Counted from the whole stretch's first letter, positions 46,923 through 60,858 are shown. The stretch: 63,948 nt of DNA, filler included, from Lenisia limosa (GCA_001655205.1; 11 parts of 11 records of this genome joined end to end with filler, not necessarily neighbours in it); one strand, 5' to 3'. A program made the numbers and translations. Notes: generated by a model not told the origin, from the letters alone.

Positions 46923-48823
46923 CTTGGATCAAGAGTTGTAGATTTTTCCTTGGGAGGTTCACTGAAAAGACGTTTTCCACTTAATAACTTAACACTCATG
47001 ACAACCTCAGGTGCAAAAGGATCCAAGGTTAATTTTTCTCAGGTACCATTTATTTCTCAATTTTTTTATTTTGATTTCTTGTCTTCTGGGTCAGCAAGAA
47101 CTGGAAGGTAGAAGAGTTCCTCGAATGGTAAACGGTAAAACTCTCCCTTGTTTTGAAGAGTATGACCTTGATGTGAGAGCTGGTGGGTTCATTGGTGACA
47201 GGTTCTTAAACAGTATATTTATTCCGATTTTTTTCAGGGGTGCGCCCCCAGGAGTACTACTTCCATTGCATGGCTGGTCGAGAAGGTTTAATTGATACTG
47301 CTGTTAAAACTGCTAATTCTGGTTACCTTCAAAGGTGTCTTATTAAAAATATGGAGGTGTGTATGCGTTTGATATTATTTTCTAGAGTCTTAGCGTCCAA
47401 TATGATGATACTGTTAGGGATGCAGATGGGTCTGTTATTCAATTCAGGTTTGTTCTGCGCTTCTTTTTTTTTTTTTGTGTTTACCAAATTCAGATATGGA
47501 GAAGACAGTATAGACGTAGTAAAATCCAGATGGCTGAAAGAATTCCACTTTCAGGCTTCTAATCTAGGGTCTGTTTCCACTAAGTATCAATTGGGACAGG
47601 TATTTTTCTTCTCTTGGGCTTCTGTCTCCGACTCTCTAGGTTAATGATTTAAAGAGATCCTCAAAATTATTAAAAGCTGGTCTAAGGAAACCTGAAAAGT
47701 ATCTCCCTGCTCTGTCACATTTAAATGTTTGATATATATATATATCATGTTGCCTTCTGGTCATATTGGAGCAGTATCCGAGCATTTTGCTTCTGCTTTG
47801 GACTTCTTCCTTCAAAGTGAATTTACTAATTATGGGTTTTTGTTTTGGTTTTTTTTTATGCAGCGAAACGTTTAGTCAAGAGGAATTTCGTTGGCTAATG
47901 TTTTCCAAGTATCACCAAAGCCTTGTACAGGCAGGTGAAGCTGTAGGACTGCTTGCTGCGCAATCAATTGGTGAACCTTCGACACAGATGACTCTGAATA
48001 GTTTTTTTTTTGTTTTATATAATCTGCGTTTCACCTTGCCGGATTTGGTGGTGTTAATGTTACCCTGGGAATTCCGCGTCTTCGGGAGATTCTAATGACT
48101 GGAGGAGAGAATCTCTCAACTCCTGTAATGACACTGCCGTTATTTAAATCGATATCAAAACATGATGTTTTTTTATTGTTGTTATTTTTTGGCGTCTTTA
48201 TTTTCTCGTAATCTCAAAAGGGTCTCCCTGTACAATGTAGTTGATCAAGTTTTTTCAAGTTCCCTAATTTGTGCTCGCTTGAAAAAAAAACAAATTTCAG
48301 TGAAATACTGTCAACGAAACGGTAATTTCTTCATTTATCTTGAATTTACATATTAATTGATATGATTCTTTTTGAGATATTAAATATCTTGATCTCTTTT
48401 CGCAAAAACACAACAAATTTTTGGTGTAATATATCATATGTTAGTCAGTGACCGTATTCAATAATGAGTACTTTATCGATATAGGCATATATGTTCATTT
48501 ATCATATACCCTCGGGAAAATGAGAGTCATATTTTTCGTTTTTGGGGAATGTGGCCTTTTAAACGGTTTGTGTGTTTTTGAGTAGAGTTGGTTTTGACCT
48601 GATTAGTTGCATTATGTTGAATTCTTTTTACGTAGCAACAAAACCTTACTTCTCCTTTTAGAAAGAATAGAAAAGAAACACTATAACTTAATTACGCCTT
48701 TACAATAGAAACTGAAACATCATATTGGACATCTTCTTGGCTCTGCTTCACTGAATTTTGTAGTAAGAAATGTTATTTTTCTGACGAATTTGCTTGAGAT
48801 CACCATTTCTCAAATTTCATCGG
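46923..48823 (+). CDS. POLR1A: RNA polymerase I largest subunit, central fragment (regions F-G); contains GT-TG introns
   Basis: Spliced: [162 protein letters not shown]. The GKTLP and [17 protein letters not shown] motifs match the Pol I type. Confidence 0.93.
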
Positions 48824-48852
48824 GTATAAGATAGCTCAATCCCCTCAGGAAC

Positions 48853-49290
48853 AACATATCACACCGTCCATATATCTGTGAATTTTCCTCTATCTGTGAT
48901 TTTTTTGAAATANNNNNNNNNNNNNNNNNNNNNNNNNNNNNNNNNNNNNNNNNNNNNNNNNNNNNNNNNNNNNNNNNNNNNNNNNNNNNNNNNNNNNNNN
49001 NNNNNNNNNNNNNNNNNNNNNNNNNNNNNNNNNNNNNNNNNNNNNNNNNNNNNNNNNNNNNNNNNNNNNNNNNNNNNNNNNNNNNNNNNNNNNNNNNNNN
49101 NNNNNNNNNNNNNNNNNNNNNNNNNNNNNNNNNNNNNNNNNNNNNNNNNNNNNNNNNNNNNNNNNNNNNNNNNNNNNNNNNNNNNNNNNNNNNNNNNNNN
49201 NNNNNNNNNNNNNNNNNNNTATATACCCTAATGAAAATGTCATATTTTTCTGGAAATTCGTCATATTCTTTCAAAACAACCATATTTTCA
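48853..49290 (+). repeat. Family F repeat (largely masked)
   Basis: Same 60-bp start as the 46268 copy, then an N run, then atataccctaatgaaaatgtcatattttt (motif also at 48503-48548 and 50068-50110). Confidence 0.75.
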
Positions 49291-49344
49291 AACAAATATC
49301 AGATTGTATGCTAATAACACGGGATAGGGGAGACAGGGGAGAGG

Positions 49345-49560
49345 GAACACTAGTTAGCCAACCTTCTTCTTCTTCAACTTGCTTTGAAACGTGTTCTTCT
49401 CTCATTAAATCGACAAAGAGGCCCTTGAGTGGGCGGTTGGCAACATTCAGGTATCACCAGGTTAGCTTGGCAATTCTTCATTTTATCATTAAAAGAACCT
49501 AATAAAGTCAAATAGAAGGTCAGCAGCTCAAACAAACTTTCGTCCAGAGCGATCACCCTT
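49345..49560 (-). CDS. Exons of an unknown gene, paralog 1 of an inverted pair
   Basis: GSFNDKMKNCQANL, 34-nt intron (49424-49457), then GLFVDLMREEHVSKQVEEEE. Confidence 0.5.
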
Positions 49561-49931
49561 CAAAACTCCTTGAACAAGGATTTTCTACTAAATAGCATAT
49601 AAGCATCCTTGAATCACTTAACAAGCGTTAAGCTTTGAAAAAAGGAGTGATTTTGTATTGGCAATTGTTTATTTAGCCTAACTTGTTACATTAGTTACAA
49701 AAAACAAATATGGGCGCACTTTTTCTTAAAGAAATGCGTCAAAACATCTCTAGAATATGCTGAAAAGATGCTTGGTAAGTAAAATTACGGTATACAGTTG
49801 CTCTTTGCAAGATCGGTATAGCTGGTGAAACCTAAACACCATNNNNNNNNNNNNNNNNNNNCATTTCCCTTAAACTATGACTTCCCATTTTCCGTCGGGT
49901 ATATATGATTGCTCATATTCCCTCTGCGCAG

Positions 49932-50500
49932 GCTTCTCGCGGAATGGCATTGGGCATTTTCTTGGTTGTTTTTGCGGAGGTTCCGAGGGACGAACGAGGC
50001 ATAGCCAAGTGAGAACCAAGGAACCTCCTTAAATCAATCGAAAATTTCCGAGGGATTATTGCATAACATATACCCTCGGGAAAATGAGAGTCATATTTTA
50101 CGTTTTGGGGTCTTTTTTTTTTTTTATCGCTCTGATCGAACTATTAGAAGCATTTACTGGACAAAGGGGATAAAGATGGTATTTGACCAAATTAGGTTCT
50201 TTTCATGATAAAATGAAGAATTGCCATGCTTACCTCGTGATGCCAACTCCCCTGAAAAGGGCCTCTTTGTTGATTTAATGAAAGAAGAATTTGTTTCAAC
50301 GCAAGTTGAAGAAGATCAGCTTTCGGAGAAAATTTCTTGTACCTGTGTTCCCTTCTTTTTCAAATAGTCAAATACGTTGCTTACATCGACAAAAGATAAA
50401 ACTAAGCGTCACCATGTCAGGTGCTTTGTTCATTTCTATGGTCCCTTAGGAAGGCCAGGAGGCGAGTTTTGGTAAACTATAATTTCCGTCCTCCAAAGCC
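49932..50500 (+). CDS. Exons of an unknown gene, paralog 2 of the inverted pair
   Basis: GSFHDKMKNCHAYL, 23-nt intron (50237-50259), then GLFVDLMKEEFVSTQVEED; upstream exon ASRGMALGIFLVVFAEVPRDERGIAK. Confidence 0.5.
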
Positions 50501-50972
50501 GCAATTGGGCGATTGTCAGTAGTTTTTTTTTTTTTTTTACCTCATTTGGCCATGAGCCATCACAGCACTGTGACTTTCACGATTTGATATATTCATATTA
50601 CATCACTGCAATACGAATGGTTCTGACCGAATAAAATAAGTAACCCCATACGACCCACCAAAAAGCTCTTCATATGAAGAGAAAGATTAAGTTTTCTATG
50701 TTCAGTGCCCCCGGGGGGCAATATGCACCAATCTCTTAAAAAAAAAATTATTCTTCTTGTTAACAAACAATCCAGATCTACTTTCGGACCTTGCTGGGTC
50801 TGAGGAGGCAAAAAAATCTGCTCACGGGCGTGCCAACTTAGTAGTAAAGGAAGTCTAGATTTCGAGACATACTAGCAAAAGGTGACAATGATGAGTATAA
50901 AAGCTAGATTGGGACATTTCAAATATTGTTGATTAGTAATAAAGTAATCAGTGCATATTATTTGTCCGACAA

Positions 50973-51955
50973 ATGGATAGAAGTACACCAGAAGAAGCGA
51001 TAAGGATGGAGACGAAAAGAATGGATGAAGATATGAGGATACTGTTGAAGAAGGTGAGGTTGATAAAAAGACTGAAGAAGAACGGAGGACGCACAGAAGA
51101 AGTGGCAGAAGATACGATGAAAGAAGATAATGAATGGATGAAGGAAGTAAGAAGAAGATGAATGAAGTAGGCATAGAAGGGACAGGAGACGTATTCCGCA
51201 TATTGGCAGGCATGGGAATGAAAGGTGAAGAAGCAATGAGGAAGTTGATGAAGAAAGCAATGAGAAGAAGATGGAAGAAGGCTGCAATTGAGAAGAAGTC
51301 GCTGAGAGAAGTGGTATGGATATGTGGAGGAAAAGAAGAGGAAGAGAAGAGTACCCGCAACTATTTGGAGAAAGAGAAGAAAGGAAGGAAGAAGATGAAG
51401 AACGAAAAGAGAGGGAGTTGAGGTTAAATGAAGAAGGAAGAAGGAAGAACGCAGAAGATAAAAGAAGATGCATGGTATGTGGAGTAGTAGGAGTAAGAGG
51501 TACTACTCACATACTGGAAGAATGCAAGGAAATGGAAGAAGAAAGAAGATGGATGGAAGAGAGAATATTGACCAGAATTGGAAGAGAAGTGAATGATTAT
51601 GATATGGCAAGAAGAAGGATGGACGAGGTTGTGAAGTGGAGAGGAGAAGAAGAGCTAAGAATAAGGACTAAAGGATGGTTTAAAGATAAGGAAAGAAGAA
51701 AAGAAGCAAGAAAGATGTATGCAAAGTGGAGGAAGAAAAGACAGAATGAAGAAGTATGGAAAAGAAGGCAGGAGGAGAAGAGAGAGTATCAAGATGAAGA
51801 TGAAGAGGAGGAGAATAGGAATATGGACGAAGAAAGAGAAGCAAGAGAAAGACGACAAGCTGAAGGAGAAGAAGAAGAAGGAGATTTTTTTTCTACCTCA
51901 ACTAGAATAAAATGAATCCAAAAAAAAGTCCAAAAAAAATAAAAATAAAATACAT
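50973..51955 (+). mobile_element. 5'-truncated, frameshifted non-LTR retrotransposon (ORF2 C-terminus with CCHC zinc knuckle)
   Basis: Intronless purine-rich reading frames: STPEEAIRMET...LKKVRLIKRL (typical post-RT motif) and CMVCG...TTHILEEC (C-x2-C...H-x4-C). Two frameshifts and an A-rich 3' tail. Confidence 0.75.
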
Positions 51956-52189
51956 AACGTTCGCAGGCTTCTCTGACCATCGAACAGGGAAAAATCAGTT
52001 TGTTCCAAGAGCCTATTGATTGCAAACTCTCTAAAAATCAAAAGTATAGTTGTATGGCAAAATTTTTAATAAGATTAGGNNNNNNNNNNNNNNNNNNNNN
52101 NNNNNNNNNNNNNNNNNNNNNNNTTAATTAATTAANNNNNNNNNNNNNNNNNNNNNNNNNNNNNNNNNNNNNNNNNNNNCAAACCAACC

Positions 52190-52963
52190 GCAAATCCTCC
52201 AGATGACACGGCTCTGGTTGGGCCGGATCCAAATCCACTGCGGTGTAAAACACAAGTTAATGATAAAAAATAAAATCAAGAAGCAATACACCATCTCGGT
52301 GAAAGAAATCCCAAATACAGGTTACATTTCATTATTTTTGATATCATCGCCCATAGCTTCATATTAGCGTTCCTTAATTCAAAACTATCAGCATATCGAC
52401 AACCTATTGATCTACAAAACCTGATATAAATGGCATTTTACACAAACCTAGGCTTAAGAGGGCCTTTGGGCTGACTTCCAAATCCAGCTAAACGGGTAAA
52501 TCTCGGAGGAACTCGGGATGTAAGAAGTCATAAGTCAAGAAGAAGCACATTACAAATTGGCATCTTTATTTCCACAAATAAACATGGATAGAACCTACAG
52601 TTCATGGTTCGTTGTGCCGGAGCCATGCCACCTGAATCATCATAATCTGTTGATAACAACACACACAAATAGGTAACCCAAATGGCGTAACACCTCGTTC
52701 CATCAAACAACGATCAGGTTGTTAACTGGCAATACGTTCCCTTTCTTCACGTACCCATGGATTGCAGGCGTTGTTTCCGCTTCTCAGCTTCAGCATTTTC
52801 GCGTTCTTTCAAGCGCTGTTGCCTGACCGTTGCACTGCTTGCTTGGGCTGGAGGGGAGCGGGTTAGCTGATTTCCCTCTTTAAATTTGAAGTTATAATAA
52901 TAAACAGCCCAAAATACTGATGCTTGCAGCCTGCGGTTCGTCAGACCCTTCTTCATAAAACAT
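52190..52963 (-). CDS. Multi-exon gene of unknown function, 5' part
   Basis: MFYEEGSDEPQAASI / TQASSATVRQQRLKERENAEAEKRKQRLQSM / DYDDSGGMAPAQRTMN / FPPRFTRLAGFGSQPKGPLKP, with phase-consistent GT-AG introns. Confidence 0.6.
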
Positions 52964-53229
52964 GTTTGTCGTTTTGTTCTCTTCCTTTCTCCTCTGATAT
53001 CACTCTTTATCACTTTATGTAACTTTCTGCTGTTTGGAGACAAAACAGGAAAGGACCAAGGTAATATTCGATAGTTTTCGAATAAAAATATCGGTCTTTT
53101 AGGCGTTCCAAAAAATTTAGCAGAGCATCACAGAGCATATATTTTGTCAGCCAACTCAACAACAACTCGAATTATTCCAAAGAAATCTAGATTGGTCGTC
53201 CTTAAGTTTTTTTTACGTGAACCTTAAAA

Positions 53230-53957
53230 ATGGTTTGTTAAGGTGTTACTATGGCCAATAGGCGCTAACCTTTATACAGTCAGTCATGGAGCATAATGGT
53301 GGCTCTGTGGTGGCGATGGTTGGTAAGGACTGTTTCGCCATTGCCACTGATTTGCGAATTGGAGAGAGGGTTGGTGCTTATTTTGCTATAAAAATGTTCT
53401 AACATCTTTTCTTTTTCCAGTTCGCCACAACAATGATGAACTTCCCAAAAGTCTTCCAAATGCACGAACGGTTGTATGTTGGCCTCCCAGGACTTGCTGC
53501 AGATACATTAGCCCTCCATGAGAAGCTCAAATTCAGAATGAACCTCTACCGTCTCCGTGAAGAGCGAGAAATGGAACCTCATGTCCTCTCTTCTCTTCTC
53601 AGCAACATGCTTTATGAAAAGAGGTAAATTAAGGCTGGTTTTCCTGGTTCAACGCGGCTAAGCATCCTCACCCTCTTAGGTGGGGTCCGTATTTCATTTC
53701 CCCAATCGTGGCAGGATTGACAAAAGAAGGCAAGGTAGGGCAGTTAAATATTTTAAGTTACGTTATTTCTTGTTGGGTATGAAAGAGCTTCTTTTCGGTT
53801 AAGCCTTCATTGTTGTGACAGGCATCTGACCTTATAGCCAATGATCAGTGGTATGGATCTTATTGGCGCTGTGGAGCACTCGAAAGATTTTGTTGCCTCA
53901 GGGACTGCAGAAAATGAGCTTATGGGTATCTGTGATGCCTTCTGGAAGCCGAACATG
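53230..53957 (+). CDS. PSMB3: Proteasome subunit beta type-3, 3' end missing
   Basis: ATG-only exon plus MSVMEHNGGSVVAMVGKDCFAIATDLRIGER..LYVGLPGLAAD..KLKFRMNLYRLREEREM..MLYEKR.GPYFISPIVAGL..PMISGMDLIG..DFVASGT..LMGICDAFWKPNM. Confidence 0.96.
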
Positions 53958-54486
53958 GTGAGCAACGCTTGATGCGATGACCGCATGCTCTCGATAATAA
54001 CCTGAAGACCAAATATTGCTTTAATAGAATTGACTATGTTACAATTTAATGCTAATGTAAAAACATTGTGTCTATTCTCAAATTATTTAACCACTTGCTT
54101 TTTCTCTACTTCCTTGTCATAATATTGCGTTGTTGTGAAGATAACAATATTCAATTACAAAATAGTTGTTGGGTGACGTAAAGTTGGTTTGTGCATTTGA
54201 AACAGTGTTGTGAACTTGAATGGAGTTTTAAAATCTGAGGAGTTGCTTTGTTTTTTGTTTATGTGTGTTTGTTCNNNNNNNNNNNNNNNNNNNNNNNNNN
54301 NNNNNNNNNNNNNNNNNNTTAATTAATTAANNNNNNNNNNNNNNNNNNNNNNNNNNNNNNNNNNNNNNNNNNNNTATTTTTGGAGGGTTTGAGGGAATCT
54401 TATTTTCTATTTCCTTTCACCTAATAAATCAATTTTTCTAACAATCAAAAATATACTGAATTTTCCAACCCCTCCTCTACCCACGC

Positions 54487-54696
54487 TTGATTGTTTACAA
54501 TACATGTATTTTTTTGGGAGGTATTGTTCCATCCTGTTACACCAAAGGTATTGAATACCCTGACGCTTCCTCAATTAACCGCCTGTACGCCCAATCTGTA
54601 AGCAGTCTCACCACATCTCTGCGTTTCGGAGGTGACTTCCTCGGGACGTTGGCGGAGTTTTCCGGGTTAAGCCCCGTAAATCATCTCAAGTATCAG
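54487..54696 (+). CDS. Divergent alpha-tubulin-like exon
   Basis: IEYPDASSINRLYAQSVSSLTTSLRFGGDFLGTLAEF aligns to alpha-tubulin IERPTYTNLNRLIAQ.VSS.TASLRFDGALNVDLTEF. Downstream tubulin exons not recognised. Confidence 0.6.
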
Positions 54697-55059
54697 GTAA
54701 GCTTCTTGAGCAGATTTGTTTAAAGGCGATAAGTTGTGTCTCGTGATACAGCAACAAAACTACGTTACTTCTACTGCTTTGTTTTTTGTTTTGTTTTTTC
54801 CTAGTTTTTTTTTTCTTTTCTTTTTTTGAATGTGTTTTTTTGTAACGTGATGCTTCATCCGTAAAACTCAATTTTTTGGCAATGCATAACAGATTAAATC
54901 ACCGTCGGGTATTTTATTTTGTCAATAATCCAGGTGATAAAATGTATCAGTACTGTTAACACTAGAACACTCAGTTCATCACATCAACAATCATCCGCAC
55001 CACATACTGGACAGCATTCACAAAGCTGTGTTTTTTAAAACAATACGTCCCTCTTACAT

Positions 55060-56215
55060 TAACGATGTTTGATTAATCCGGGGTGACACCTTCATACCAA
55101 ATATGCATACCACATAGCTACATATTATATTCATGTTAATTCATGTGCTTAGAGGAAAGATTCAAAGGAGGAAGTTTAGTGGAAACATACGTTAAGCACG
55201 GCGGGGATGTCGTCAATGACCATGTCGTTCTGGGGTCAAATAAGGGCTGATAAAGATGAAACAATAAAAAAAAAATACAATAAGATATATCACAAAGGTA
55301 AAGAAAGGACAATCACCAAAGGGTTAGTCTTGCCCCATTTTCACGAAATAAAAAGTTAAGGTCTGTTATGCAGATACAGTGAAATGGTGGGGAATGGATT
55401 TTGTCATTTTCTATTTTCCTTTGTGATGCATGATGGGAATTCTGTTGACGTACTGCTGAGACGGACGGAACGTCCATCAGAGTGTTCAATTGATCGAACG
55501 TCCCTCCTATCTCGGTGTCCTGGAAATATGATTAACAGGACATCATGAAAAGAGGAGGGAAAGTTCCATGGTTTTATGATACACAAAAAGGATTTAGTAG
55601 AAATACTTTTGATGACATCAAAATAAAAAAAATTGACTATTCTCTATGAAATACAATCTCAAAAAGCCACAATCAACAAAATTAATTGCCACATCTACCC
55701 AACAAACAATGGACGAAGACGCAATATCGTTGGAGAGCGAGGTGTTGTGCTGAGCAGTCAGATGAATACAACACTGACCGAAGAATAAAACTACAGGTAT
55801 TTTCAGTTTGATTGCAAAAATTATGAGGCCTCGGTATATCCTTAGGTAAAGCTAATGTATAATTATCCCCAAGTGCGTGTTTGTGTATCAATGAGAACGA
55901 TCCTAAAAAGATCGATATTTATATTTCGAGGACTAATCGAGAAGTCCAGTCTATTTTCGGACAGAAAGGACAAAAGCAAAGCAGAAATCTTTACAGAAAA
56001 CAAAGCAGTGCAAACATGCTCCTTGATCATGGCGGCCATGGGCGGGATCGGGGCATCTGGCAGTGATACCAGCATATCCGCAACAAGCAGACGCCCGTCT
56101 TGGTTGAGATAGTCAGAATGGAATCTTGAAGCGCAGTGATTTTTGTCCTTTTCATGCACCTTTTTGGTGTCATTGAAGAAAGCGGTGTGGAGTCTAAATA
56201 CAGCGTTCAGAGCTG
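55060..56215 (-). CDS. Multi-exon gene of unknown function
   Basis: Minus exons ALNAVFRLHTAFFND..NQDGRLLVADMLVSLPDAPIPPMAAMIKEH; DTEIGGTFDQLNTLMDVPSVSA; NDMVIDDIPAVLN. Confidence 0.4.
55906..55960. mobile_element. Degenerate family A internal segment
   Basis: atcgatatttatatttcgaggactaatcgagaagtccagtctattttcgg. Confidence 0.55.
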
Positions 56216-56657
56216 TCGCAAACACTTAATTTACAAGAAAAAAGCGTAATAATCGGCCATAAATCTCCTACGCCTTAAAAGAAAACGGCTTTATATGTAT
56301 TACCTATCAATATTATGACTTCAGCCATTACCTTTACCCCTCAGTTTGTTTTTGCTGATCCTCCAACCCTCAGGTCTGTGGCATGACTCCCTACCTCCGC
56401 TCATACCAGTCCGTCCTTGATACTCCCGAAATTATGGCTCAACCTTCAGAGGCGCTCAAGAACACCACTATGGAGATTGACCTTCTTTCGGGTGGGCAAA
56501 TAGAGTTTTTTTTTTGATGTATAAATAACNNNNNNNNNNNNNNNNNNNNNNNNNNNNNNNNNNNNNNNNNNNNTTAATTAATTAANNNNNNNNNNNNNNN
56601 NNNNNNNNNNNNNNNNNNNNNNNNNNNNNTACACCCCCCCCTCCCTCCCTCTCTCAC

Positions 56658-60058
<3,401 letters not shown>

Positions 60059-60107
60059 CTGTGTGTGGGTCAAAATAGTAAATCCAAAGCACATAAAATT
60101 TCGTGGA

Positions 60108-60111
<4 letters not shown>

Positions 60112-60150
<39 letters not shown>
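60112..60150. repeat. (AAC)n microsatellite
   Basis: About 13 AAC units. Confidence 0.95.
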
Positions 60151-60152
<2 letters not shown>

Positions 60153-60769
60153 AAAGTGATCNNNNNNNNNNNNNNNNNNNNNNNNNNNNNNNNNNNNNNN
60201 NNNNNTTAATTAATTAANNNNNNNNNNNNNNNNNNNNNNNNNNNNNNNNNNNNNNNNNNNNGGTGGATATTCTGATCATTAGATTTTGTATTTAGTATTA
60301 TTATTGGTATTTTGTTTTCCGCTCTCATTTCTCAGACACATCCCAAGTATCCGACCCCACTCGGTAAGTGGCTGTACTGTTTTCACCTTTTCGAGTGTAA
60401 TCACTGGAGAGTACCTGCGTCAAAAGTAGAGCTTCACTTAAATCCTCGATAAATCCTCGATAAATGCTAAATAAACTCTCTAAAAAGCTTTTAAAACAAT
60501 ATTGTATCAGGTTTTTGTAACCGAAAATGAGGCTCCCAAGAGAGCTGCGTAATATCATTGAATCAAAATCATGGTTTTAGCCCCCCACTGCCCTCATATG
60601 TCTCCGTTGCACCGTCCACCTCAAAACCCTGTGTAAGCGTTGGGAGATTTATGTATCCATTACACCGTCCGTGTCGTACTTTATGACATTCTGGTTGGTT
60701 TACACCCCCTCCCCTTTTTAATCCTTTGATGTGTTGCTGCCAACAGTGTTTATTTTGGCTTCTTTGTTT

Positions 60770-60858
60770 CTAAAATTGTCCTTGTTTCTGTGACTACTAC
60801 CTTTACGCCAGTATTCTTCATCGAAATATCCTTCGGTTCACTCCCCCCTCCCCTGCAG
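60770..60858 (+). repeat. Family G element ending at a splice acceptor
   Basis: tacctttacgccagtattcttcatcgaaatatccttcggttcactcccccctcccctgcag, then an exon. Confidence 0.7.

Noticed and set aside
47213-47237. RPA1 junction gives FLNRVRPQE where Gly is normally conserved, hinting at editing or a shifted splice
   Set aside because: A canonical GT-AG solution keeps the frame. A single substitution or base error is simpler, and there is no other support.
49460-50230. gccaag versus gccatg in the paralog pair as direct proof of an AG-to-TG acceptor swap
   Set aside because: That segment is better read as coding (CQA versus CHA). The real shared intron lies just downstream and is GT-AG in both copies.
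50872-51473. Long minus-strand S/L/F-rich ORFs
   Set aside because: They are antisense shadows of the purine-rich retroelement strand.
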